A stretch of 63,061 nt of DNA, filler included, from Licmophora abbreviata (lineage: Eukaryota), in the NCBI GenBank assembly GCA_900291995.1. It is 11 parts of 11 records of this genome, joined end to end, with 100 filler letters (N's around TTAATTAATTAA, not from the genome) between each part and the next. Parts side by side here need not be neighbours in the genome. Positions count along the whole stretch, not along the records: positions 1 to 3,488 come from OLMU01003247.1; positions 3,589 to 6,537 come from OLMU01003249.1; positions 6,638 to 21,584 come from OLMU01003250.1; 8 more parts are not named here. One strand, given 5' to 3'. Positions 1 through 11,200 of the stretch are shown here, piece after piece. Numbering within the stretch: the first letter of the stretch is position 1; each line of letters opens with the position of its first letter. A program made the position numbers and the translations under genes. A model generated the notes under the pieces. The model made no database searches. It had not been told where the DNA came from and saw only the letters and a program-made list of their open reading frames with translations.

Positions 1-1
1 G

Positions 2-157
2 CAGCAGCCCATGGGACAGCCCTCGGCAGTGGCGAACCTCGATCCCTCGCTTGTACAGCAGGTCATGTCGCTTACAATGGAGCAGATTGCGCAATTGCCG
101 CCGGATAAGCAGCAGAGTATTTTAGCTCTTCGCCAGCAGATAACAGGCTCAAGATAG
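2..157 (+). CDS. CSTF2: Cleavage stimulation factor 64 kDa subunit (CstF-64/Rna15), 3' end only
   Basis: Frame 2 reads ...DPSLVQQVMSLTMEQIAQLPPDKQQSILALRQQITGSR* (TAG 155-157), matching the CSTF_C C-terminal domain. Not in the ORF track. Confidence 0.8.
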   Translation, partial: QQPMGQPSAVANLDPSLVQQVMSLTMEQIAQLPPDKQQSILALRQQITGSR

Positions 158-423
158 ACAAAGTGGTAGTGCTGATGTCAAGGGAAAGGGTTGAATGCGG
201 GTGTTTCCTTGTAGGTTCGCGACGCGCATGGTATCCGAGGGACAACATGCATTGGCGAGCTGCAGCCGTTCGAGTTGTTGACGACCCCTATACTACTGTA
301 TCTATAAATGTGCACGTTAGTTTGGGGTCGACTAAGGTAATCTGACTTTATGTTCGTAAAATAGTGACGCTTACTCCTGTACAACTCACGTGCTATGAGC
401 GCAAGGCTGTGTGCGCACTCAAG

Positions 424-879
424 TTAGGCCTTGAGCATCTCTTGAAGCTTTCCTGAACGGGCTGCTCCCTGGGTGTCGTCGTTTCCGCCGAGATGTTGGC
501 CCTTCACAAAGACGTTGGGCACAGTCCTCTGGCCACTAATGTCTAAGAGCGCCGCTTGCATTTCGCCTCCCATGGGCACTTCATCAAGTTCAATAACCTT
601 GGCATCAATGCTGAGGTCTTGCAAGAGTCCTTTCGTGGCTGTACAGAATGGACAGTAGGACTTGGAGAAGACGACCACGTCGTTCGACTCTATCTCAGTC
701 GTGACCATGTCTACAGCAGGAGAAGTGGACATGCGCATGGCCGTGGCACTCTGGGAGCGCACTGACTGGGACAGGCCTCCGAGCGAATGGCGAGCGACAC
801 AACCGACGTGCCGAGGGGCAAAGGCCGATGTTGTCGCGACCAGAGCCGATGCTAAAAGAGTAGTGCGGGGGAATCTCAT
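424..879 (-). CDS. Dithiol glutaredoxin, plastid-targeted
   Basis: FSKSYCPFC, QRTVPNVF and LGG motifs; signal peptide followed by TSAFAP. Confidence 0.93.
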   Translation of the reverse strand: MRFPRTTLLASALVATTSAFAPRHVGCVARHSLGGLSQSVRSQSATAMRMSTSPAVDMVTTEIESNDVVVFSKSYCPFCTATKGLLQDLSIDAKVIELDEVPMGGEMQAALLDISGQRTVPNVFVKGQHLGGNDDTQGAARSGKLQEMLKA

Positions 880-1291
880 CTTGCAATGTTATATATCAGG
901 TGACTACAGGGAGAAAAGGGATTGTGTCAGGTTCAACGTAGTTTGTGATGGAGCGTGAAAGAAGTTCGCTGGCGACGCTCATCGCGATGAGCAAGCCATT
1001 CCCATCATTGCCATCGCAGTGCATCATCAGCATGACGCATGCGTGGCGCGCCATTTTTATAGTCGAACAAGTCGAATATCTCGAATGAATCAATCGAATC
1101 GAATCGAATCAACCATTCAACGACCGACTCACTCGACTCACGACAGACACACAGATCGACCATGATGATGCACCGGGCGCCGGTGTGGCTGGATGAACAA
1201 ATGCTTCTTGACCGTACGATCATTGCAATGATATCACGGTGAAGATTGATAGCCTCTCGACATCGACATCCGCTGACCTTGCTAGATCTAC

Positions 1292-2855
1292 GATGCCAAA
1301 AGACGCGTATGTACTGTACGTCGACCATCAGGGACATCCGTCGCCGCTGTCGAGGTGCTATCACGCGACTGCCTCGCGACGCCTTTCGTCATCGTCGGAT
1401 CGGCATCCTCCCTCGACCGTTACACAAGTCGATTCTGCCTATTGTCCACAGTGCTTGGCCTTTCATGATGTAGGGACGGCTGCCTCATTAGGCTTCTGTC
1501 CCCGTCCTACGTGCAAGCGATGTCCGGTCTGTACAGCAGTGGCTGTGGTCGCTGCCTTGGAAGTAGCCACCACGAACGCGTGTGGCTACAACTGTGGCCA
1601 CTGTTCCTGGACATCGGACGAATGCAGTCTTACAGTTGCGCTTACTCCTGGAGACGACGGAAGTATCGGTAAACCACAGCTGGTGAAAGCAACGGAGGAG
1701 CTTGGGACGCTCTTGAACGATCGCCTCGCAGCACAGGATAACGCCGCGGAAGCGCACTACCAAGCAATGCTGGGCGTGTGGGATGCGGTTGCCAAGGAAG
1801 AAGTCCGAGGGGGAAGCCTGGGGATGCTAACAACGAAAATGAAAAAGACCAGCTTGATGGAGGATGAGTGGAGTGTAGAAGCATTGGAAGAGTCCATGCG
1901 AGTCAACCGTCAACATTTCTCAAAGGACACCAAATCAGTCGTTGGGCGTCGAGCGTTGCCAAAGGTTCATCTCAATGACGACAAGCCGACATCGACCCTG
2001 CATGAATCCTTGGCTGGTCTTCCAACCTCAGATGTTATGTTACAGAGTCTAGTGACATTCGATACGCCTACAACGCGATCGGAGTTATTGCCGCTGCCAG
2101 TGCCGCTTCGACCCCGCAAAAGTCGTCGTTGTCGAGCAGAGTTGGCCGAGGGACGACCCGGGATCTTGATCAAGCCCAAGCTGAATCCTCTGGAAGGCGA
2201 CTCAAGCTTGCGCACTGGTCATGGTCAATGGTACAAAAAAGACTCGAGTGCCATTCATGTATTCCCGCGACTGCGTGTCGTGGAGCACAAGGCAACGAGT
2301 CATGATGCACACTCATTTCTTCTCAAGGTAACGAATCCGACGCTGGGCATGATGAAGCTGCGCCTGGGCCGATCGTCGTATCAAGGCGAAGTCGAGAAAT
2401 ATCATCCTGAGACGATACGAGTAAAACATGTCTTGTTGGATTCGTTAGAAGAAACCTATGCCGACTTGGTGCTCGATTGTAAGGGAGTGAATGGAATCGA
2501 AGCTACGGACATGATCGAACTTGATTCCATGGAAGATGTTTTATTGGAGATCGGGAAGACTCAGACAGGAGGTACCCCGGATTCGGTAGAGTCATGGAAA
2601 CCACCCGAAGACGAGAACCTGACGTCCAGGCTGCGTTTGGTTGCGACTCAAAAGGATTCCGCTTGGTTTGAGTTGGTGGTGGCTAAAGAAGAAACGATCG
2701 AGCTGTCAGAAGGCTCCGCTTATTCCGTCCCACTCGCTCTTGAGATTCAGGTTGGGGACGGGTCGTGGGAATCGTCACTCATCAAGCCAAGAGGAGACGC
2801 CGAAGGTCCGGATTTGGCAACATTTGACGTGCTGGTAGCGTCGACGATTCAATAG
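1292..2855 (+). CDS. DCTN4: Dynactin subunit p62
   Basis: Zn-binding Cys pattern YCPQCL...CKRCPVC...CGHCSW, plus LRPRKSRRCR...ILIKPKLNP and LLKVTNP motifs; first in-frame ATG at 1292. Confidence 0.8.
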
Positions 2856-2958
2856 AAATCCCTGCTCTGAATAAAGGAGCGAAGGGCTGAAGCACACAAA
2901 GGACGGTCGTTTCCCCGTGTTTTCGTTTATTTTATTAGGCTTCCAACTCATATTGTCG

Positions 2959-3488
2959 TCATATCGAATGGTCCAAGAAGTCTTCCAAGTCAAACAGTCC
3001 GCCATTCCTTGCAACCTGACGGCAAGAGCGAGAAAAGACGAGGGCAAACGGAATAAAGCACCGTCGCTTCGGCCCTGCGGTTGTCGCTTTCGATTGCACA
3101 TCTTGAGGTTTTTGGGTGTCAGGTTCCATGACCATCGATGCCCCCACGTCGTCACCGACAATGCCTTGAATCCCGCTGCCTTCGATGCTCTGTTCTCGCC
3201 CGGAGCTTTTCGATACAGGCGATGCGCCGAAGTTGCTGCCCCCGTCATCTCGCTCCCATGATCTGCTCGAAATTAGTTTCCAATGCGAGACATTGGCAGG
3301 TCTGAAGTTGAGCGTTGCCACCAATGACACGATAACTGTTAGACCAACAAGCATCGCGAAACTACGAGGCAAACGGGCAGGTTTCTTGAAAGGTGTATCC
3401 ACAGAATCTTCCTTAAGCAGGAGAGCGATCTGTCTTGGAGGCGAGGACTCAGTCGACACCGGGTCGTAAAATGCAACTCGTTTAGTCG
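2959..3488 (-). CDS. Hypothetical single-TM protein, C-terminal part (5' end in gap)
   Basis: Frame is open from the contig edge (TKRVAFYDPVSTESS...) with one hydrophobic segment, FAMLVGLTVIVSLVATLNF. Confidence 0.4.
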
Positions 3489-3588
3489 NNNNNNNNNNNN
3501 NNNNNNNNNNNNNNNNNNNNNNNNNNNNNNNNTTAATTAATTAANNNNNNNNNNNNNNNNNNNNNNNNNNNNNNNNNNNNNNNNNNNN
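3489..3588. other. Artificial contig linker (N-TTAATTAATTAA-N); also at 6538, 21585, 31485, 39349, 42500, 45763, 48651, 51322 and 59515
   Basis: Ten equivalent 100-nt spacers with a central six-frame stop cassette. Confidence 0.97.
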
Positions 3589-4038
3589 GTCAATGTCTCG
3601 CCGCCAGAAGCAGGTACAAAGAGGAATCGATTCTTTCTCTTTCTTTTTTGCCATCTCAGCAAGTACCTTGTCTTTTTCAATCGCTTTTCCTCCCGTTGTA
3701 TCGCCAGGAGAGTACTGAAGAACTCCCGCGAAAGACTTCTGAGAAAGAAGAGCTGCGACAACCTGTTCACTGAATTGTCGACGCTGCGGAACAGCATCAA
3801 CTCCCGCAAGCGCCCTGGGGTTCGGAGAAAAGCCATGGTCCGCGGCATTTTGACTCGAACGACCAGGGGAACCCTTGGGCAATCTCATGTCAACATAAAT
3901 ACCGCAAGGAGTTTGCATCCAGAAGACTGTCGTGTCGCGATCGGCGCCTTCAGAGTCTCCAAGAGGGTCCTCCTCCCACAGTCGTTTCCAAACGCCGGCA
4001 ACGAGGCGACATGCATCTTCAGTGAGATTTTCCGGCAT
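3589..4038 (-). CDS. Hypothetical protein, HRI1-like/bacterial DUF-like N-terminus (3' end in gap)
   Basis: GVWKR...DTTVFWMQTPCGIYVDMRLP...SFAG...CFWRRDID pattern; ATG start; runs into the N linker. Confidence 0.5.
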
Positions 4039-4637
4039 GATGGAAAGGAGAGAGAGAGAGCACTATCTTGCACAACAGATCACGAGAAGCTACAACAGAA
4101 TACCCGACCCCAAGCGATGCCATCACTGTTGATAGTGCGTGTGTGCTGTCGGCTGTCGGCGAAGTTTCATCGCAAAAGCTCCAGAAATTGGATTCATTCG
4201 ACTCGTCTATCATTCATTCGATCCTTCACCGGACACCGACAGACGTCTCTTTCCGCGACCGCATAAAATGTTTTCAGAGGTCAAGGCAACGTGGCGTGAA
4301 CTTACTGAGCGACTCCGGCAGATTCTATTGGATTCACTTTTGGTGAGTGTCAGTGCAATTTCACTGACAGCTGACATCACATAACAACCACCACTCACCT
4401 TCTGCACTTACTTTAATCCGAAGCGTGGCCGGCTCGTACGGCCACGCGATGACTTCATGAGTTGACGCCCCCGGTGTCAAACCGTGTCAAGGGCCCACAG
4501 ATTTGATTGATTCAACATCATCGTCACTTTTTCTACCGTGGCATGTTTCATCACTTTTGAACGTGCTGTCTCATCTTGTCTTCTTGAGATTGCTCTTTGA
4601 AGATTACCCCAGCTGACTTAACTCAGTTCTCGTCGAC

Positions 4638-5885
4638 ATGACTCCAAACGCTCAAGCTTCCAACATTTCAAACATCAAGGATATTCTTTACGAGACCAAC
4701 AACGCCTGTGAGCAGGAAACTGATGTCGCTCGTCTTCTTGATGCCAACGTCGACACGAACGGTCTCTCCAAGATGAACGATGACACTGAAGACTGGACCG
4801 ACGTGAAGCACTCGGAGCGCAAGAAACGTGATCGTATCCTCGACGATGGCGTGCTGTTGCAGCTCATGAAGAAGTCCGACTTCGAAGGGTTCAAGCGCCT
4901 CTTCACCAACCTTGGAATCATGGCTGCCACCGCATATGCCATCTATAGCCTGGATGTCTTTCCTCCCAGTGAGGCTAGCCTCAAGATGGACAAGCTTGCC
5001 GCGTTCATTCCGCTGTACGTGTTCTACGGATTCCAATTCCAATGCTTCGCATTTGCTGGGCAGCACGAGTTTCTTCACAGGAACGCCTTCAAATCCAAGT
5101 GGATCAACGATTGGGTGCTTTTCGTCGTCGGCACCGTATGCTTTGAGTTCGGCAAGCATGAACGAGTCATGCACAAACAGCATCACACCTTCACCAACAA
5201 CATCGACAAGGATCCGGAGCTGACCAGTTACTTCAGTCGTTCTCAGCTCGAGGACCCGGGCTTTCGCAATGTCCCCTCAAGCCGTTTCGCGTACTTCCGT
5301 GGCTTCTGGGATGTTCTCTTCACTTTTCGATGCCGCGTGTGTCGGCTCCTGTTCTCGGCCTGCGGTATCCCCGTCGACTATTCCGGAGTACAATGGACGA
5401 TGAACACCGACACCTACTCCACCGAGAGCGGCATCATGCAAGACCTACAGCGTTCCGCTCAAGCGCAGCTCCTCATTTATGTTGCTGTCTTTTCAACCGT
5501 TGGACGGACAACCGAGGGTCTTCAATCACTACTCTTCTGGTGGTTTGTGCCCGTCATTCTGGGCTACCCCGTCGTAAACTACGTGCGCAACTTGGAGCAC
5601 GCCGACTGCGAAGTCAGCAAGCAACCCAACTGTCTCAAGAATACGCGGACTGTCCGCTCCAATGCTTTCATCCGATTGCTCCTGTGGAACACCAACTTCC
5701 ATGCTGAACACCATTGCTACCCAATGGTTCCCTTTTTTAACCTTCCCAAGGTGAATGCGCTCATGCATGACTACGTAGAGCACAACGAGGCGAATCACTT
5801 TACAACCCAAAACTGGGAGTGCATCAAGGGAGGCGGATGGATCGACCAGCAATCCCAGCGTCTCAACAACCGCAAGGCTGACTGA
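4638..5885 (+). CDS. Membrane fatty-acid desaturase superfamily di-iron enzyme (MocD-like)
   Basis: Three His boxes (HEFLH, HKQHH, HAEHH), EH motif, TM helices, YPMVPFFNLP; intronless. Confidence 0.85.
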   Translation: MTPNAQASNISNIKDILYETNNACEQETDVARLLDANVDTNGLSKMNDDTEDWTDVKHSERKKRDRILDDGVLLQLMKKSDFEGFKRLFTNLGIMAATAYAIYSLDVFPPSEASLKMDKLAAFIPLYVFYGFQFQCFAFAGQHEFLHRNAFKSKWINDWVLFVVGTVCFEFGKHERVMHKQHHTFTNNIDKDPELTSYFSRSQLEDPGFRNVPSSRFAYFRGFWDVLFTFRCRVCRLLFSACGIPVDYSGVQWTMNTDTYSTESGIMQDLQRSAQAQLLIYVAVFSTVGRTTEGLQSLLFWWFVPVILGYPVVNYVRNLEHADCEVSKQPNCLKNTRTVRSNAFIRLLLWNTNFHAEHHCYPMVPFFNLPKVNALMHDYVEHNEANHFTTQNWECIKGGGWIDQQSQRLNNRKAD

Positions 5886-6447
5886 ACTGATTGGCTAGAG
5901 TGACACGTCAACACTTTGTGTTTTGCTTCTTCAGTGTCGAAACCCGACGCAACCTTCTTCCCTCGCAATAGTCTGCACGGAAGCTAGCTAGCTACCTTAT
6001 GTACGATACGGTATCAACCTAAATAAGAGATTCACGATCCACTTACGATTTTTGCTTACCGTACGACCATTCCTATACAGTGATCAAGACACGACTGTAG
6101 CTGTAAGGCCAACAGCCGAAGAAAGAGTTTGGATCAAACAATGTGGAAACTCAATCGATCATCTAACCGTAAGTGCGTTAGTCGAATGAGTCCAGTCAGT
6201 TAAATATTCGATAATTGAATATATTTAAGCAAGTATATGCTTTACCTTAATTTAGCCCATACAGTCATTTAATGATATTTTCACACCTAAGAAGCACGTT
6301 TTTTATAATCCGAAAAAGCAGACTCTTTATGACGGCCGGCGTGCATCGGCTTTTGGCGAAAGCAACTCACATTTTGAGTTATTTTTAGCGAACAAGCAAG
6401 GAACAGACAGACCTTTCGTTCGCCCTTTCACACTACACCACACCCCT

Positions 6448-6513
6448 CTGCACTGCACTGCACTGCACTGCACTGCACTGCACAGAACAGCACTGCACAG
6501 AACAGCACTGCAC
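6448..6513. repeat. (CTGCA)n microsatellite grading into CAGAACAGCACTGCA units
   Basis: Direct reading: about 7 perfect CTGCA units, then two 15-nt variants, near a contig end. Confidence 0.9.
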
Positions 6514-7071
6514 AATTCCTACAAGTCTGTTTGATTTNNNNNNNNNNNNNNNNNNNNNNNNNNNNNNNNNNNNNNNNNNNNTTAATTAATTAANNNNNNN
6601 NNNNNNNNNNNNNNNNNNNNNNNNNNNNNNNNNNNNNTGTGTAGAGCTGGTACAAAGAGCAACGTGTGCGTAGCAAAATCTCCACACCACGTCAGCTTGC
6701 TCTCTGCCAATCAAATGTATCGCTGAATCTGGAATCGATTCCTCAATCCCTATGGTTCGATGCAGTAGACCGAGTACGAGTACTTTTAATATTTCAGACG
6801 AAACAAGAGAGGTTGCGACGCTTGAGATTGTCGCATCTGCAAGAATTCCACGTAAGTTCCACGTGTTGTCACCTCCGACGGGATTAAATTGCGTAGAAGG
6901 CTGGTACAATTCTACAGAGATGACGTATCTGACAGTCTTTCTGTCGCTCCCGCGTCGCAAGAGGGGGTACGTACCTCTCTCCGGGCTACTTTGTAGTCGA
7001 GTCGGTCGAGTTCATGCCTAAGTCGAGTGAGTCGAGTCGCATCACAGTCTGATTTCTGATTTCAATCTTTG

Positions 7072-7298
7072 CACCCCATAGCCGGGGCGGGAGGCCAGAC
7101 AGTCATGCCGGCTTTTTGTGTATTCGTCGACGTTCATATATATTCCAGTCAATTTCCCAGAGTAGTCTATGTCGAACAGTGCTATGAGAGATCTCTCAAT
7201 ATAGTATTAATATCGTATACTGAGTATAAAAAAGTTTAGCCGAAGTGCCGGCTCGAGCCGCCGCGCGCAATCGAACGCACGCCCCCGGCTATGGGGTG
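7072..7298. mobile_element. MITE (non-autonomous TIR DNA transposon), 227 bp
   Basis: Perfect 16-bp TIRs CACCCCATAGCCGGGG (7072-7087 / 7283-7298); 9-bp direct repeat CAATCTTTG at 7063-7071 and 7299-7307; AT-rich core with no credible ORF. Confidence 0.85.
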
Positions 7299-7396
7299 CA
7301 ATCTTTGTTGACAGCCACTCGAATAGCATCGAACCCGCTCTCGCTATCAACGAGGATGTGACCATGTCTCCTGTACGCAATGGATAGATTTCGAAC

Positions 7397-10300
7397 ATGA
7401 ACGGGCGGCGTGTCCGTCTTCGAAGACGCTCAGAACCCTCGCCTGGACAGGACGTGTCGGGGTGGACGCTTTTTGCGCGCCTGAATACTGATTTGGCGCT
7501 AGCGCTGTACGACGACTCACTTTGTGAGGATGTCGCCCGTGAGCGCCATGAGGAGAGACGGGGCTGGGCTCTGGATACGACTTTGGTGTCGCCAAGGCGT
7601 GTGGAATTTCTCCCATTATGTATAACTATGTCGGATGAGTCTCGAATCTATGTCTCCTACAACGGTGGATCCCCCGAACACAAGGTCGACTTACAAGAAG
7701 GTGAGCTGCTTGGAAGTTATTCTCTTCCTGTTTCCTCCAGAGGATGTCTTTCGACCTGGCCAATGAGAGAATCAGTAATTTATTACTACAGCTGAAGTGT
7801 CCGTGTAGAATCCCAACCCTGTTGCCTTCCTTCTGAGGCCAGTCGACCCGTGATGTTCCGCCTTCCGTTGGGAGTTATCGAATTCATTCTACTTGTTTCT
7901 TACAACTGCTGAACTCTCTCTCTCGCAATCATTCTGTCAGACTTCATGGAACTTCCCTCAGAATTGATACCTCGAGATGAAACTTGGGTGCACGTGACGC
8001 CTCTTGCGTTTGTTCCCGATGCCGCGTCGATAAGCGTGAAGCCGCTCAGCACCGCTGACTGGGAGCTGCTTGAAATACACGCTGCCTGGCTGGAAGGCGG
8101 AGGTCTGCTGGGGCAGGTCAGCATTGTTTACGCTGGCCAAGAGCTTTGTTTAGCGGTGAATGGGCAAGATCTGGTGCGGGTGCGAGTCCTGTCGCTTGAC
8201 GAGCCAGAGGAATCTGCTGTGCCATGTCGTAGGCTCGTGGCCAGCACAGAAGTTGTGGTCCAGCCAAAGCCTCGGAGTTCCCAAGATGCACTTTCTCGAA
8301 GTCCTCGCTTACGATTGCTGCCGACAATGGGTGATTATAGTACTAAGATGCAGAATCGTGTGTGCGATATGGGAGTTCATCCACTCAAGGTACCAGTAGG
8401 AACAGTCTACACAATCCAGAAACCCTGGCGGGGTGTTCATTCGACGAGGGATCAACAGTGCGAGTTTGCGCGCTGAGACGAGGTGCATCATTCTTAGCAG
8501 AGCACGCCGTTGTTGTTGTAGCGTTGGTACAGAGTTGCAGCAATGTCCCCCTGAATCACGTAGGTGAGTACCGGTAGAGAAAGCGTCTCGTTTCCGGCAA
8601 AACCGTTCGATGAGGATGTAATTCTTATTCCATGCTAATTCTGAAAGACCATGACGTGCAAATAGATTCCTCCAATTGATTCTGAGAATGGACAAATGGC
8701 ATGTCTGAGTGACGTATCTGTCTGAATCTTTGCTCATGTTGCCATGCTCTTTGTTACGTTCCACTCTCTAGCAATGCACCCACTTCTTCGAATTCAACTT
8801 CGACTGGCCCCGTTCTTTGATCACGTTCAGATAGAGTCACTGGAAAGCCTCGAGGAAGAAGTAAATTTGTCGAAAGATCTAGTAGGAAGAGATGCGTTGA
8901 CGATACGCTTGCGGCCGGTGCAGTTGATAGATAGCTCTGTCGACAGCTCGACTCCGTGGATGTATCCGTCCGCTGGTTCCGTGACTTGGAGACGGGATAC
9001 CCGCCGCATCACGCGTGAGGCCGCGAAGCTCGATTTGCGATTCCTCATGACTTCGTGGTTGGATATTGCTGAAAGTCGCTCGAACGTGCCACTTCAGTCT
9101 GGGTCTCTCCTCGATTTGTCTTGCTCCAGAGACAACGACTTTTTGTCGAACGGTGCACTGTACGAAGTGGTTATGGAAGCCTCTGATATGACTACGGCAA
9201 GTCCTGTCATCCACTTGTTGTTCAGGGCAGGCGATATGCCCTCGTTAATCTCAAGCGGGAATTGTCCCCTGCGATGCACGGAAGCTCCAGAAGACGACAT
9301 TTTGTTGAATGTTTATCCTCTGACGCCACATATGTCAAGCGCCGAAGGGCCGGAAGTGCAATCCGATCTGATGGGCGGGATTTCCCCTTTCGACGGTCTA
9401 TTGCTTTGCGGAGAGCGGGGAAGTGGCAAAACGCATTCATCATTGATCCTTGCGGCTCAACAACGCCTTTCGAACGGTCGCGCGACAGTCTACATTGACT
9501 GTCGAAGGATGCAGTCGTCATCAGCCTTACGAATGAAAGATGTCCTGACTGCTCTGTCAGCCGCATTCAAGGCTTCAATCGACGCGTGCCCCTCCGTTCT
9601 GATTCTGGATGATCTCGACGAGCTCGCCCCAAATGTGGGATCCTCAAGTGGCGACGAGGAAACTAGTGTGCAACAACAGCAGCCGAATCCAACCGCGATT
9701 TCCCAGTCAAAGCTAGTCGCAGATCATGTTCGAAACTTGATCGATTCTTCTATAGAAGAGTGCGGACGAGGTGGTATCCGTTATCTTATTTCATGTCGAG
9801 GCGCGGACTCACTCGCTCCCTCGATTCAGTCGTCTTCCGTGTTTTTTACCTTGTCTCCGGTAGCCCCCGTTGGGGCCGCAGATCGAGAAACGCTCTTTCT
9901 TGCTATGCTGCGGCATAGGATGAAATCGATGCCATGCATCATTGGAACAGTCGACATGCCAGGATTTGGGCGCAAAACGGAAGGGTATCGTCCCTTTGAC
10001 TTGGACCTCCTTGCCGCTCGGGTACACCATAACCTCTTGACTAGTGGTGTCGGTGATGGGCCGGCGATTGTGCAATCGGTCCGTGAAGCGTTGAACGACT
10101 TGGTTCCTCTCTCTCGACAGGGTATCAGCGTTGAAACTCCATCGTCGGAGGTCACATGGGAAAAGATTGGCGGGCTATTCGATGCTCGCAAACAGCTGGC
10201 GGACACCATTCTCAATCCTGTGAAGTACTCTCGTATCTACCAGCGCGCTCCCATTCGTCTTCCTCGAGGTATTCTGCTGTATGGACCGCCCGGATGTGGC

Positions 10301-11083
10301 AAGTCGTTTCTCGTGCCTGCGCTAGCCAAAAAGTGCGAACTGACACTCGTGACATGTCGCGGGCCCGAGTTGCTGGACAAGTACATTGGCGCATCCGAAG
10401 CCAAGGTGCGTCAGCTGTTTCAACGCGCGTACACGGCTGCGCCATCGCTCTTGTTTTTGGACGAGTTTGACGCACTGGCTCCACGCCGAGGCTCTGATCA
10501 TACTGGAGTGACAGATCGCGTTGTTAATCAGCTCTTGACATTCTTGGACGGTGTTGAGATCGAATCTGGCAAGCAAGTGTATATTGTGGGTGCCACGTCG
10601 CGACCTGACAAGGTCGACCCTGCCTTGCTGCGGCCAGGTCGATTAGAGCAGCATGTCTTCGTCGGTTATCCTAGAGATAATGCTGAGTGGAACGACACGT
10701 TCCTCAAGATTATGGCCAATCATAATGTGGATACTGAAGTTACGAAATCCCTTCAGTCCGGTCAACTGCTGAACTCAGTAAAGAAAGCTGCACCACACGT
10801 GATGCTCTTTTCGCCGGCGGACCTCAAGGCAGTCATCAACACAGCACACCTCCAAGCTGTTCACAATTATATTGCTCAGACTGAAACGATCGACGAGAGT
10901 TCCTCCATCTCCATTGGGATGAGTCACATCATGGCCAGCTTACAGTCGACACGGCCGTCGCTTTCTCCTAGCGATCGGAACATGTTGGAGCGAATTTATC
11001 ACATATTCAATGGTAGCGATACTTCCGGTGATGATGCATCAGCGAGAAGCGATGTCGATAAGCTAAGGACAGCATTGCGCTAA
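7397..11083 (+). CDS. PEX1: Peroxisomal AAA ATPase PEX1; exons 7397-7700, 7941-8563 (frame break near 8330-8415), 8772-11083
   Basis: N-domain KPLSTADWELLEIHA; D1 GERGSGKT; D2 GPPGCGKS, ELLDKYIGASE, RRGSDHTGVTDRVVNQLLT; phase-consistent GT-AG introns 7701-7940 and 8564-8771. Confidence 0.92.
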
Positions 11084-11200
11084 GTGTGCTGTCGCTGCAT
11101 CGTAGTTTGCCTAGCTCTTCTATTCTGACAGCTGGGCAGGCCCAGTACGTTTGAGTCGAAGGGGTCGACACTCTCACTCTTTTGTCATCTTTGATGGCTA

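Noticed and set aside
1085..1150. AATCG and GACTC short tandem units in the glutaredoxin/DCTN4 divergent promoter
   Set aside because: Too short, and typical of low-complexity promoter DNA
3533..3544. Recurrent TTAATTAATTAA as a biological repeat or CRISPR-like unit
   Set aside because: Always centred in 100-nt N blocks, so it is an artificial six-frame stop linker
6198..6230. AT-rich imperfect palindrome TTAAATAT...ATATTTAA
   Set aside because: Expected by chance in AT-rich sequence; no TSD or partner terminus found
6638..7021. ORFs on both strands next to the gap
   Set aside because: No recognisable motifs or consistent splice model
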